A stretch of 27,583 nt of DNA from an uncultured Alphaproteobacteria bacterium (lineage in GTDB: Bacteria > Pseudomonadota > Alphaproteobacteria > Rs-D84), in the NCBI GenBank assembly GCA_947053455.1, contig CAMRSV010000010.1:1-27583 (forward strand), written 5' to 3'. Under the pieces are notes generated by a model. It searched no databases. It worked only from the letters and a program-made list of their open reading frames with translations, and was not told the DNA's origin. Positions 7,828 to 17,901 of this stretch are shown in pieces (the stretch's first letter is position 1; every line of letters starts with the position of its first letter). The translations under genes were made by a program, and so were the position numbers.

Positions 7828-8535
7828 ATGAAAAAATCCGATCCATTGTTTCGCGCCGGCCACCGAAAACGCCTGGGCGACAAATTGTTGGCAGACAAAA
7901 TCACCGATTATGAATTGCTGGAATTTATTTTGACGCTGGCTGTGCCACGCCGTAACATGCGGCTAGAGGCGCGCCGTCTGCTGGATAAATTTGGAACATT
8001 TCACAGTGTTATGTGCGCACCAGTTGAACGCCTGATGATGGTAGAAGGTGTCGGCCCCGCCATTGTCAAAGCTATAAAGGCAATGCATCGTGCGGCCACC
8101 TTGCAATGCTATGAACAAATAAAAACAAAAAATATTTTCAAGCAATACGAACAACTGACTAATTACTGTAAATTTATAATCGGCGGCAACGATGTCGAAG
8201 AATTTCATGTTTTATATCTGCGCGGCGACATGTCGGTTATTGAAGATAAAATGCACTCAATTGGGTCAGATAGACACGCATTAATATATCCACTAGAAAT
8301 TTTGCGCATGGCATTGTATTTGCGCGCAGAAAGTGTCTTACTGGTACATAATCATCCATCTGGTAATCCGGCCTTTTCCGAAGATGATATAAAAACAACT
8401 GCCGAATTATATGAAATGTTGGAAAAGAATGGCATTAATCTGTTCGACCATTTTGTTGTCACCGCAAATAGAATGATTTCTATTATGAACACGCATCTGC
8501 TGGACAAGGCCAAGAAAAAATCAATCCCCGAGTGA
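7828..8535 (+). CDS. radC: RadC/JAB-domain protein
   Basis: GHRKRL...DYELLE N-terminus, HhH VEGVG, JAB motif E...HNHPSG..FSEDD, DHFVV. Confidence 0.93.
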   Translation: MKKSDPLFRAGHRKRLGDKLLADKITDYELLEFILTLAVPRRNMRLEARRLLDKFGTFHSVMCAPVERLMMVEGVGPAIVKAIKAMHRAATLQCYEQIKTKNIFKQYEQLTNYCKFIIGGNDVEEFHVLYLRGDMSVIEDKMHSIGSDRHALIYPLEILRMALYLRAESVLLVHNHPSGNPAFSEDDIKTTAELYEMLEKNGINLFDHFVVTANRMISIMNTHLLDKAKKKSIPE

Positions 8536-9795
8536 TACGAAATCCAAAACACGTTTATCAAAAATGACATCACGGGTACATAACTGCGCAGCAATATGCA
8601 TATCAGATGCCGCGCGGGTTCGCGATAATGCAACATATGTCTGACCATGTGCAAACGCGCCACGCGAAATATCTACAACTACGGCATCCAATGTTTTTCC
8701 CTGCGCCTTGTGTATTGTCATGGCATAGCCCAGATTCAACGGGAACTGCTTATACGCTCCAACCTCATTTTCAATCAGGCGCTCATTTTCATCGCGCGAA
8801 TATTCTATTTTTTGCCATTTCTCTGGCTTAACAGTGACAATGTCTCGCGATGCGTTCAGCAATTTGACCACTATTTCGCGCGCACCGCACGCCTCAACAA
8901 TTCCCATGGAACCGTTGTGCCACTTGTCACCATTTTTAACAAATACCACCAACGCCCCGACTTTCAGTGCTAGGTTTATTGGTGCGGGCACATCGCGTTC
9001 TAAAAAATTACCGCTTAATTCGCCATTATATGTAATTTCAGGTGCGTTTATCTGATTAAGACGCTCGGCATTTATTCGTTCGGCAACCGCACGAAACGGC
9101 GTTATTATAACAGCATTTCGACGGCGTTCATCATCATTGATACGACATGCATTGAAAAATTCCAATGCCCCTGCGTCCCCACCACGTAACCGCATCAGAT
9201 TCTGCAGTAATGCGTCGTCATGCTGACGATAAACCAAATCAAAAGATATTTTTTGAAAATGCGCGCGCTTATATGCATTGCTATCAAAGAAATACGCATT
9301 GGGATGTTCATATTCGCGTTCAAAGTATTGCATTGCATCGCGCGTAATAACCGGCGGCAACTGAAACAAATCTCCGATTGCCACAACCTGTAATCCACCG
9401 AACGGTTCGTTATTATGCCGCGCCAAGCGTGCCAAATAATCCATTGCATCCAACAAATCGGGGGCAACCATGGAAATTTCATCAATAATTAGAACATCGG
9501 CTGCATTTAATATGTTCCGCGGTTTAGCCTTTAGTTTCACTAATTCCATCATTATAAAATCGCGCGGCTGTATCTGAAACAGGGAATGAATTGTCTGACC
9601 GCCGACATTAAGCGCAGACACCGCCGTCGGACATGCGCAAATCAATCGTTTTTTTGATGCAGACTTTAAATAATTTATAAACGTTGATTTACCGGTACCA
9701 GCCTGACCCAGAATCAATAGATTTGTATTCCCCTTCTCTATTGCGTCAAAGGCCGCCAATTGGGTTTCATTCAAAATTGGTGTAATCAAACTCAT
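8521..9795 (-). CDS. Pif1/RecD-like SF1B DNA helicase
   Basis: GQAGTGKS, CPTAVSALNVGGQTIHSLF, IDEISMV, PFGGLQVVAIGDLFQLPPV, QFPLNLGYAMTIHKAQGKTLD, GQTYVALSR. Confidence 0.93.
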   Translation of the reverse strand: MSLITPILNETQLAAFDAIEKGNTNLLILGQAGTGKSTFINYLKSASKKRLICACPTAVSALNVGGQTIHSLFQIQPRDFIMMELVKLKAKPRNILNAADVLIIDEISMVAPDLLDAMDYLARLARHNNEPFGGLQVVAIGDLFQLPPVITRDAMQYFEREYEHPNAYFFDSNAYKRAHFQKISFDLVYRQHDDALLQNLMRLRGGDAGALEFFNACRINDDERRRNAVIITPFRAVAERINAERLNQINAPEITYNGELSGNFLERDVPAPINLALKVGALVVFVKNGDKWHNGSMGIVEACGAREIVVKLLNASRDIVTVKPEKWQKIEYSRDENERLIENEVGAYKQFPLNLGYAMTIHKAQGKTLDAVVVDISRGAFAHGQTYVALSRTRAASDMHIAAQLCTRDVIFDKRVLDFVSLGD

Positions 9796-9898
9796 TGCTT
9801 TAATGATTGCATACAGATACATAAAAATAAAGCATATATTAAAAATATATAAATTTTTATCTTGCAACGCGCGGCAAAACATATATAATATGCGCCGT

Positions 9899-9975
9899 GG
9901 GTTAGTAGCTCAGTTGGTTAGAGCGGAGCGCTCATAACGCTTTGGTCGTGGGTTCAAGTCCTACCTAACCCACCA
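9899..9975 (+). tRNA. tRNA with CAT anticodon, most likely tRNA-Ile2 (lysidine)
   Basis: Acceptor GGGTTAG/CTAACCC + ACCA; anticodon arm AGCG-CTCATAA-CGCT; G1-C72 pair excludes fMet; promoter TTGCAA-N16-TATAAT at 9862-9889. Confidence 0.92.
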
Positions 9976-9988
9976 AAAAATTTATTTT

Positions 9989-10009
9989 CACGCCATGGGC
10001 GTGTTTTTT
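9989..10009 (+). terminator. intrinsic terminator
   Basis: CACGCC-ATG-GGCGTG followed by T6. Confidence 0.75.
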
Positions 10010-10098
10010 ATTTTTTAGGAAATTCAACAATATTTATTTTTTCTCTTGCACGACATGTGGCATTTTTTCTAAAATGCTTTATAAAAGAGAGGAAGATT

Positions 10099-13000
10099 AT
10101 GGAAAAAAAGCGTTATTTCCTGGGTTTCTTGGCATCTTTATTTATGATATTTATATCCGTCGGCGTACGGGCCGAAGGGTATGTGTGCCCCGATATTAAA
10201 AAATATACCAGTTGTGCGGCGGGTTATTACATGACCCTTAATGGCTCGTATAACGGTACGCCTACTGTAAAAAATACGTGTACGACATGTCCGGCTGGAT
10301 GCACTTGCGCGGGTGGAACAGCGGCGCCAATTTGCAGCATTACGGTCACATTGAACTATAACGGGGGTACGGGTAGTCTTGAAAATACAGATCACTGTTC
10401 CGGCACAACTTGTACATGCCCTAATAACGGCGAATGCGAATTGCCGCGTTGGAATATATCTGACAATCCATTGGTCAGACCGGGATATACGTTTATGGGA
10501 TGGTCAACCAGCCCAACCGCCACAACCGGCAGCAATTCCATGACATTTACAGCATCTACTACAATATATGCTGCATGGGCACCGTGCAACAGCAACCAGG
10601 ACGAAGGGTGCAGCTGCGCATCTGGGACACACCCGGTGAACGGTGTCTGCACGGATTGTGCAATACAGTGTACAGGCGATTACCCATTGGGTCAGTACAA
10701 TTCATGCGAAAGCAATGGAAACAGCGCAGAAACAGCCGAACAAATTTGCAAACGCGAATGCACCGCACTTGATGTTGCCCATTCCATAACCGTAACCGGT
10801 ACGGTCGGAATGACCGAAGATCCGGCGACGGTCTGCGCTGCGCTGACCTGCGAAGATGGATACACATTGGTCGGCACACAGTGCGTTCAGGCAATAGAAT
10901 GTACAGCCGGCATGATGTATGACGGTAATACAATGGTGAACTGCCCAGCGGGTAAATATTGCCCGGGGGTCGGAATAACGCCAATTGGTGTTGCAGGGTG
11001 CGATGCAACATGCCCGAACGGATATACATCTGATAGCGGTGCAAATGCGGAAACACAATGTTATCAGACATGCACAACAGCATGTGAAGTTGGCACATGC
11101 CCGGAAAACAGTGCATCTTGCACATGGGTCGAAGGCACCACTGTAAATGGCATAAAATACTATGGCGACACCACATGCCAGGTTGCAGAATCTGACAAAT
11201 ATTGCGAGATAAATACGCTGTTGTGTGATATGACATACTATTCAAATAATAACACCAGTTGCGATTTGTGTTCTGCAATACCTGGATACGAAGGCATATT
11301 TACACAATCACCCGCAAACAACAGTGGTGGTGCCAACGTATGCTTTGCAACATGTTTTGAACCATGTACACGTCCGCAATGCCCGGAAAATGCGACATGC
11401 ACATATGATGAATCAAAAAATTCAACCGGTGGTAAATATTATCCAGACACCCAAACTTGCCGCATAGAAAACGAAGCCACATGCGATATGACGGTCACAT
11501 GCGACACCGGATATACATATAATTCGACAACAAATACATGTAATCCGATTATCTATGCGATAACACTGGACGCCAACGGCGGCACCCCCGCAACACAAAC
11601 GATATATCAACATCCAAAGGGATGGTTCAGTGATGCGGATGCAACACGTGAAATATCGGTCGCCCCGCTTCCGACACGCACAGATTGGGAATTCTTGGGT
11701 TACTTTACACAACCGGTCGACGGCAATCTGGTTATTTCAGACAACTTGATACTGCCTGCAAATACCACGTTTAATGCAGACACAACCCTGTACGCCCAGT
11801 GGACCGAGGAAATATTTGAATGTACAGAACGCAAGACATACGATGGCTTGGAATGCCCTGTCGGAATGTATTGCCCGGGTATAAATGTAATTGCCGGAAC
11901 CGAAACCAGCAATGTTAACGGTTGCCAACGCACATGCCCGGTCGATCCAATTGGCGGTTATATCCAATCAGAATCCGGTTCCATGTTCATTGATAATTGC
12001 CGCACGACACGCATGAATCAAAAACTGCCGGATGGTACCGGATTCGGTGATGAAACATGCTACTACTTTGCAGGTTCTGCATCCTATGACCGCAGCTGCA
12101 CAACAAATGTCATATCGTGTAATGGCGGATATTATCTGCAAAACAATACTGATATTACATGTTCTGTTGTAGCCAAAGGTTCATTTAGTCCCGATGGTGA
12201 AACACATGTAACATTGTGCAGTTCATTGTCCGGCGCAGATGCAACCGTAACAACGGCCGATACCGGCGCGGCGGATGCTACCGCATGTTATAACACATGC
12301 ACGCAACAAACCATCGCCCACGGTATCTTGGTACCAAAAGTGAACGAAGTTCATTTCGACGGCACATCAATTCCGGAATGTGAATATGATACGATATGCG
12401 ATGCGGGATATATGGTTGACCCAGCCAACCCATATTCGTGCACATTATGTTCCCAGGGCAGCTATTGCCCAGGCGACAGCCGCGTAGAATCTTGTCCGGT
12501 AACCCATCCATATTCGGATTTTGGTACCGAAGTTGAGGGTAAATGCTATGCCGATTGTGCGCCTACAACAAATGCGGCATCAATGACGGGTCATGCATAC
12601 CAGGACGGTACATCTGATTGTCGTGTTGATTTGTGTGTACGCGGTGCATACCTAGATAATGCAAAGGGACAATGCCTTATCTGTCAGGCTGGCCGCATGT
12701 GTCCGGGCGACAACACAATATCAAGATGTCCGGCAGGCACATATTGCCCGACGGGTTCATATGAAACCACCGCATGCCCGACAGAATTCCCCAATTCAGC
12801 CGAGGCAACCAAGGCGGAAAGCGATTGCTATCGTATGTGTATAACATCAGATATTGAAAACGCAACCGCGGTTTCTGGAACCATAACCCAGGGTGGTGTA
12901 AACACCTGTGCGGCGACGGCATGTGTGGCCGGAACATACGTGACGCCCGACGGCGAATGCGGCGTGTGTCCGGAAAACATGGTCTGCACCGGCGGCAGTG

Positions 13001-13911
13001 CAGCTCCGGTTGCATGTCCAACAACACATCCGTATGCACCAGAGGGTTCATTCCAAACGGAACAATGCTATGTCACATGTGAAGACTACAGATTGGATTA
13101 TGGTTGGGCGCACATTGTTAACGAAACAGAACAATATCCGACCGAATGCCAATACACCGGCGAATCTGACACCGGTAATCCGTGCGAAATTGTTGACGGT
13201 ACCAAGTGTGTTGAAAAGCATTGTAACCCGGATTATGAATTGATTGGCGGCAGATGCGAACCATGCGATCGTGACAATGCGATACTTTATGCAGATGGGG
13301 CAAATTGCTCGATTACACTCTGCATGACTGGTTTCCATCCGACACCAGATGGCCGTCAATGCGTTGAAAACGTTCAGGAATGTCCGGCTGCAGACGCACT
13401 TTATGCGGAACAGGTATGGGATTTCAATCTAAAAGCATTTGGCAAGTGCACCATCAAGGAATGCATTGACGGTTATCATCTGTCATCAAATGCGTGTGTT
13501 CTGGATGAACGTCCATGCACCATTGAACGTGACGGCGTAAAAATAGGCAGCGGCGTCGAACAATGGAACGAGACCGCCCAAAAGTGGGGTGAATGCGTCG
13601 CCGACACATGTGTTGCAGGGTATACAAACGATCCGTCATTAACCAATGAGCACGGCGTGGAATGCGGTGAATGCAAAAACCGGTTTAGTATATTGGGCGA
13701 AGTTGCGGTAAGCTCATATCTGCCGGGCGGCAATTGCGAAATCGCATCTTGCATGTATCAGGGCGAACTGTACAACCTTGATACGGCATCCAATGAATGC
13801 GTACCGATTTGCGACATAAATGGTTATTCCGATGAAACCGGCAGCATGATTTGGGATTCTTCGCGCAAGAAATGCGTAAGAACCTGTAACGAAGGCTACG
13901 TAATGTGGTAA
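10099..13911 (+). CDS. large secreted cysteine-rich repeat surface protein with two InlB B-repeat (Flg_new)-like domains
   Basis: GAGG ribosome-binding site; signal peptide ending VRA; repeated CPAGxYCPG and CxxGY units; Flg_new-like segments TLNYNGG..RPGYTFMGW..TIYAAW (~10339-10580) and TLDANGG..WEFLGY..TLYAQW (~11554-11802). Confidence 0.9.
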   Translation: MEKKRYFLGFLASLFMIFISVGVRAEGYVCPDIKKYTSCAAGYYMTLNGSYNGTPTVKNTCTTCPAGCTCAGGTAAPICSITVTLNYNGGTGSLENTDHCSGTTCTCPNNGECELPRWNISDNPLVRPGYTFMGWSTSPTATTGSNSMTFTASTTIYAAWAPCNSNQDEGCSCASGTHPVNGVCTDCAIQCTGDYPLGQYNSCESNGNSAETAEQICKRECTALDVAHSITVTGTVGMTEDPATVCAALTCEDGYTLVGTQCVQAIECTAGMMYDGNTMVNCPAGKYCPGVGITPIGVAGCDATCPNGYTSDSGANAETQCYQTCTTACEVGTCPENSASCTWVEGTTVNGIKYYGDTTCQVAESDKYCEINTLLCDMTYYSNNNTSCDLCSAIPGYEGIFTQSPANNSGGANVCFATCFEPCTRPQCPENATCTYDESKNSTGGKYYPDTQTCRIENEATCDMTVTCDTGYTYNSTTNTCNPIIYAITLDANGGTPATQTIYQHPKGWFSDADATREISVAPLPTRTDWEFLGYFTQPVDGNLVISDNLILPANTTFNADTTLYAQWTEEIFECTERKTYDGLECPVGMYCPGINVIAGTETSNVNGCQRTCPVDPIGGYIQSESGSMFIDNCRTTRMNQKLPDGTGFGDETCYYFAGSASYDRSCTTNVISCNGGYYLQNNTDITCSVVAKGSFSPDGETHVTLCSSLSGADATVTTADTGAADATACYNTCTQQTIAHGILVPKVNEVHFDGTSIPECEYDTICDAGYMVDPANPYSCTLCSQGSYCPGDSRVESCPVTHPYSDFGTEVEGKCYADCAPTTNAASMTGHAYQDGTSDCRVDLCVRGAYLDNAKGQCLICQAGRMCPGDNTISRCPAGTYCPTGSYETTACPTEFPNSAEATKAESDCYRMCITSDIENATAVSGTITQGGVNTCAATACVAGTYVTPDGECGVCPENMVCTGGSAAPVACPTTHPYAPEGSFQTEQCYVTCEDYRLDYGWAHIVNETEQYPTECQYTGESDTGNPCEIVDGTKCVEKHCNPDYELIGGRCEPCDRDNAILYADGANCSITLCMTGFHPTPDGRQCVENVQECPAADALYAEQVWDFNLKAFGKCTIKECIDGYHLSSNACVLDERPCTIERDGVKIGSGVEQWNETAQKWGECVADTCVAGYTNDPSLTNEHGVECGECKNRFSILGEVAVSSYLPGGNCEIASCMYQGELYNLDTASNECVPICDINGYSDETGSMIWDSSRKKCVRTCNEGYVMW

Positions 13912-13917
13912 TTGAAC

Positions 13918-13943
13918 ACATCCGCCGTTTGGCGGATGTTTTT
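13918..13943 (+). terminator. intrinsic terminator
   Basis: ACATCCGCC-GTTT-GGCGGATGT followed by TTTT. Confidence 0.85.
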
Positions 13944-13959
13944 AATAAAGATTTCAACA

Positions 13960-15117
13960 ATGAAAACATATGACACAATCATCATTGGCGCGGGTGCGGC
14001 CGGATTAACCGCTGCACGAATTGCAAGTGCACGCGGCCGGCGCACGGCGGTTCTGGACATGGGCGCGGCGCCCGCCCGCAAGGTCGCCATATCCGGTGGT
14101 GGGCGGTGCAATATTACAAACGCCGCCGCCGCACGCGACAGATACTTTGGCGAGAATCCAGATTTTGTACGTGGGGCACTTTCGCGTGTTTCCCCCAATG
14201 ACATTTTGGAATGGATGCAGGGGCACAATTTGCCATATATCCAAAAAACACCCGGGCAATATTTTTGCGCCGCCGGCGCACAAAGTGTGGTTGACGCACT
14301 GGTTCATGATGCCAATGGCGCAGACATATTATTAAACACGTATGTTGACGGCGTAAAACAAGACGGAAATAAATTTATTATTGAAACAAACCGCGGAAAT
14401 TTAACTTCGCAATCCGTAATTGTTGCATCCGGCGGTACGTCTTTTGACGCAATCGGCGTATCAGATATTGGATTGACAATAGCAAAATCATTCGGTCATA
14501 AAATCATTCCGGTGCGCCCCGCCCTGTGCGCAATTGAATTAAAAATTTTTCCGACCGAATTTGCCGGAATTTCAATTCCGGTTGAAATTCGCATTGGAAA
14601 AAACAGTATATCCGATAACTTGTTATTCACCCACTTTGGAATTGGCGGCCCCGCCGTATACCGCGCAACAGTACGCAACACAGAAAATGACTGGGCTATA
14701 AACCTGTTGCCGGATATAGATATAGTTGAATGGTTACGCAGTGCGCGCAAAACGGACGGGCGGCGAAAACTAACGTCTGTACTGTCACAAAAACTGCCTG
14801 GGCGTATTGCGAAATGGGCGGCGGCCGGCATTGATAAAAATATTGCCGACATAAACGATTCCACAATTAGAACAATATCGTCAAAATTAAGCAGCATTAC
14901 AGTGCCTGTAAAAGACATAAAATACCACGGACTGCAAAGTGCCGAAATAATTCGTGGCGGCGTCGCCACGAACGATATATCATCCAAGACAATGGAATCT
15001 AAATTATGTCAAAATTTGTTCTTTGCCGGTGAAGTAATGGATATTGCCGGTGATTTGGGTGGATTTAATCTGCACTGGGCATGGGCCAGCGGATTTGTTG
15101 CGGGTCAAAACGCATAA
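13960..15117 (+). CDS. HI0933/BaiN-family flavoprotein
   Basis: IIIGAGAAGL, KVAISGGGRCNITN, LLFTHFGIGGP, GEVMDIAGDLGGFNLHWAWASG. Confidence 0.93.
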   Translation: MKTYDTIIIGAGAAGLTAARIASARGRRTAVLDMGAAPARKVAISGGGRCNITNAAAARDRYFGENPDFVRGALSRVSPNDILEWMQGHNLPYIQKTPGQYFCAAGAQSVVDALVHDANGADILLNTYVDGVKQDGNKFIIETNRGNLTSQSVIVASGGTSFDAIGVSDIGLTIAKSFGHKIIPVRPALCAIELKIFPTEFAGISIPVEIRIGKNSISDNLLFTHFGIGGPAVYRATVRNTENDWAINLLPDIDIVEWLRSARKTDGRRKLTSVLSQKLPGRIAKWAAAGIDKNIADINDSTIRTISSKLSSITVPVKDIKYHGLQSAEIIRGGVATNDISSKTMESKLCQNLFFAGEVMDIAGDLGGFNLHWAWASGFVAGQNA

Positions 15118-15192
15118 GAAATAAATTCGGAAAAGGTACCTATAAACACGCGAACGTCGGCCATATATAATTGCCGCGACAGGTACTGATAC

Positions 15193-16077
15193 ATGAAAGA
15201 AGAAATATTCCACACTGATGACGGCACAAAATTATCATGCACATTATGGGACAATGTAAAGCATCCAATTGGTGTTGTTCAAATAATTCATGGCATGGAC
15301 GAACACGTTCGCCGTTATGACCGGTTTGCACGTTTTTTAAACAAAAACGGTTACATTGCTTTCGGCGACGACCACCGTGCCCATGGACGAACCGCGGGCA
15401 CCCCAGATAAAATTGGCAAGCCCGGCAACGACCCCGACCTATTTCAGTCCACATTACATGACGAATTGGAAATAATGAGCTATCTAAAAGAAAAATATAA
15501 CCTGCCATTATTTCTATTTGGCCACAGTTACGGCAGTTTTATAACCCAACGTTTAATATCTGATACGAACATATGCACGGCAGGTGTATGTTTATCCGGT
15601 TCGGCAAAATATCCCAAGGCATTTTTAATAGCCGCACTGATTATGGCATGGATTGGCGTAAAGGTTCGCGGTTCAAACAGTCCGGCCAAATTTTTAGAAT
15701 TCTTTTCACCAATACGCGGAAAATCTGGTGGTATGAGCCGTCTGACACGCGACACAAAACAGGCCGCCGCCCATGACGCAGACCCGATGCGTGCAAAATA
15801 TTTTTCATATGGATTTTATTATTCACTGTTTAAGAATTTAATGTACCTAAACGGCGAGGCATGCCAAACAACCCCTATACTTATTATCAGTGGGACACGC
15901 GATATGGTTAGCATGAATGCAACATTCGCAAAATCGTTATATAGAGCATACAAAGCCCACAACCTGAACAACTTGACACTCATTCTATACCCGGATGCAC
16001 GTCATGAATTACTTATGGAATTAAACTGGAATCAGGTACAAAACGACATATTGCAGTTTTTAAAAGCCCGCACTTGA
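15193..16077 (+). CDS. alpha/beta hydrolase, lysophospholipase-like (Hydrolase_4)
   Basis: VQIIHGMDEH..RY, DHRAHG, nucleophile GHSYG, SGTRD, YPDARHELL. Confidence 0.92.
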   Translation: MKEEIFHTDDGTKLSCTLWDNVKHPIGVVQIIHGMDEHVRRYDRFARFLNKNGYIAFGDDHRAHGRTAGTPDKIGKPGNDPDLFQSTLHDELEIMSYLKEKYNLPLFLFGHSYGSFITQRLISDTNICTAGVCLSGSAKYPKAFLIAALIMAWIGVKVRGSNSPAKFLEFFSPIRGKSGGMSRLTRDTKQAAAHDADPMRAKYFSYGFYYSLFKNLMYLNGEACQTTPILIISGTRDMVSMNATFAKSLYRAYKAHNLNNLTLILYPDARHELLMELNWNQVQNDILQFLKART

Positions 16078-16111
16078 TTTATTTGTCTTGCATTTAAATA
16101 AATAGGTGCCA

Positions 16112-16588
16112 TTAGGCGCAAATATCGGCGAACTTTAACGGAATTATCCGCCCCAAATCACCGGGCGATATTTCAACCTGATGCCCGATGCGACCTGCGC
16201 TGAATATGACTGTTTCAAATTCCAAAACTGACGCGTCAGCAATTGTTATAAACTGTTTTTTCATACCAATCGGACTGCATCCGCCGTGCACATACCCCGT
16301 CAATGGCAATAAATCACGCTGATGCAGCATGGACAATGATTTTTCATTGCACGCCGCCGCGGCGCGCTTCAAATCCAATTCGTTGCACACTGGAACCATG
16401 AAAACAAATATTTTGTTTGACGGCGTGGTGCAAACCAATGTTTTAAAAACGCGACGCGCATCCTGCCCCAGATGAGATGCAATTGACGCACCGTCCGCAA
16501 ATTTGGCTGCATCGTATTCATAATGCATATATGGGACGCGGTGGGCATCCAAAATTCGCATCACATTTGTTTTTATCGCCGCACACAT
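16112..16588 (-). CDS. ybaK: Cys-tRNA(Pro) deacylase YbaK
   Basis: KTNVMRILD, VFKTLV, TGYVHGGCSPIG, SAGRIGHQVEI. Confidence 0.94.
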   Translation of the reverse strand: MCAAIKTNVMRILDAHRVPYMHYEYDAAKFADGASIASHLGQDARRVFKTLVCTTPSNKIFVFMVPVCNELDLKRAAAACNEKSLSMLHQRDLLPLTGYVHGGCSPIGMKKQFITIADASVLEFETVIFSAGRIGHQVEISPGDLGRIIPLKFADICA

Positions 16589-16598
16589 TCCGTTACCA

Positions 16599-17159
16599 TT
16601 ATTTAGCCAGTTCGGTTGCGATGTCACGCGCCAGTGCTTCAATCATTATGCCCATTGCATCAACGTATTCATCATAGTTGTCACCTGCAGATACTAAATA
16701 GGTCATATTTTTCGTCTTTAATGTTTCGCCGCCCGCACCCATTATTGAATAAATGCCACGCAATTGAGCCGAATCCCCCAGCGCCCCGTCAAGCTTATAT
16801 ATTTCCACAAACACCGAATATTCACCGGAATCAGCCATAAAATTAGAATCTTTGACAGACGCCTTTGGCATATATGTACCGATGTCTGTTATAAGTTTGC
16901 GTTGAATCATTGGCGATAAATTTTCAGCCCACCGCCCATCAGGCATAATATTTACATTAACCCCATCAACAGTTACTATTTGTGGTCGATTGATATATTC
17001 CGGTATCTTGACGCGTTCAATATCAACAGTAATCCTGCGCTGCGAAACAGGTTTAACTGTTTGGGTGTCTTTGAAGGTATAAAATAGTGTGTTATCTGAC
17101 TTGGATGCGCATGCACACAGACCCACAGTTATAAATACAAACAGTATAATTTTTTTCAT
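16599..17159 (-). CDS. pqiC: PqiC-like ABC transport auxiliary lipoprotein
   Basis: LCAC lipobox, IPEYINRPQIV, RWAENL; last gene of the MCE cluster. Confidence 0.85.
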   Translation of the reverse strand: MKKIILFVFITVGLCACASKSDNTLFYTFKDTQTVKPVSQRRITVDIERVKIPEYINRPQIVTVDGVNVNIMPDGRWAENLSPMIQRKLITDIGTYMPKASVKDSNFMADSGEYSVFVEIYKLDGALGDSAQLRGIYSIMGAGGETLKTKNMTYLVSAGDNYDEYVDAMGIMIEALARDIATELAK

Positions 17160-17160
17160 T

Positions 17161-17901
17161 TTATCTACCCCTTATTAAAGATTCTGGATGCTGTTCCAAG
17201 AATTCGGCCAAATTTCGCAGTGAATTCGCCGCACGGCTTACGTCTTGAACCGCCTGGTTAAAGTTATTAAGAGTAACACCAGATTTTTTTGCCAAATCAT
17301 TGCCAATTTTGGCGACTGGGGTCAAAACCTCGCGCACTTCGGTCAAAGTGTGATTCAAATTATCCATAACTGCCCGTAATGGCATATCTTGGACATTTGC
17401 CGACAATTCGGTCATGGACGATAACGCTGTCGGAATTTCAATATAATCACTTTCAATATTGCTAATGCGTGTCTTTGCGGGTCGCATGTCCAATTCTATC
17501 ATTAGCGAGCCAGTCAATAAATTTTGCTTTATCAATCGGGCATACAAGCCACGGTCTATCATCTCGGCCAAGATTTTCTCTTCTGATAACTCGTTACGGC
17601 CGGGTAAAACCGATATTGTTTTTTCAATATCTTTAAATATTACGTAAACCGGTATATTAAACTTATACGTATCAATATTGGGAACAATTTCTATCTTGGC
17701 GACCTTGCCCACTTCAACACCGCTAAATACTACGGGTGCCCCAACCGCCAGGCCATTTATTGATTCATGAAAATACATGACATACATGTTTTTTTCACGC
17801 CGCAGCCCAAACCCCAGCAATACGCTTGTTATTATAACAAACCCTACAATCCCGGCCAATATAAATGCACCGACCGTTTTTCTATTTGGCTGATTTCTCA
17901 T
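17161..17901 (-). CDS. mlaD: MlaD/MCE-domain protein
   Basis: N-terminal TM, F.ESINGLAVGAPVVFSGVEVGKV, NLLTG, C-terminal LEQHPESLIRG. Confidence 0.9.
   Translation of the reverse strand: MRNQPNRKTVGAFILAGIVGFVIITSVLLGFGLRREKNMYVMYFHESINGLAVGAPVVFSGVEVGKVAKIEIVPNIDTYKFNIPVYVIFKDIEKTISVLPGRNELSEEKILAEMIDRGLYARLIKQNLLTGSLMIELDMRPAKTRISNIESDYIEIPTALSSMTELSANVQDMPLRAVMDNLNHTLTEVREVLTPVAKIGNDLAKKSGVTLNNFNQAVQDVSRAANSLRNLAEFLEQHPESLIRGR

Noticed and set aside
9796-9882. Longest-ORF N-terminal extensions (helicase here; likewise tsaB, rimI, Cys-rich genes, flavoprotein, ybaK, rpoZ, lon)
   Set aside because: The extensions run over promoters, terminators or neighbouring genes; downstream ATGs fit family N-termini or ribosome-binding sites better.
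9899-9975. Initiator tRNA-fMet
   Set aside because: It has a G1-C72 pair and lacks the three consecutive G-C pairs (GGG/CCC) of the initiator anticodon stem.
10559-11278. 239-aa antisense ORF within the Cys-rich gene
   Set aside because: Shadow frame produced by the biased codon usage of the sense gene; no motif or ribosome-binding site.
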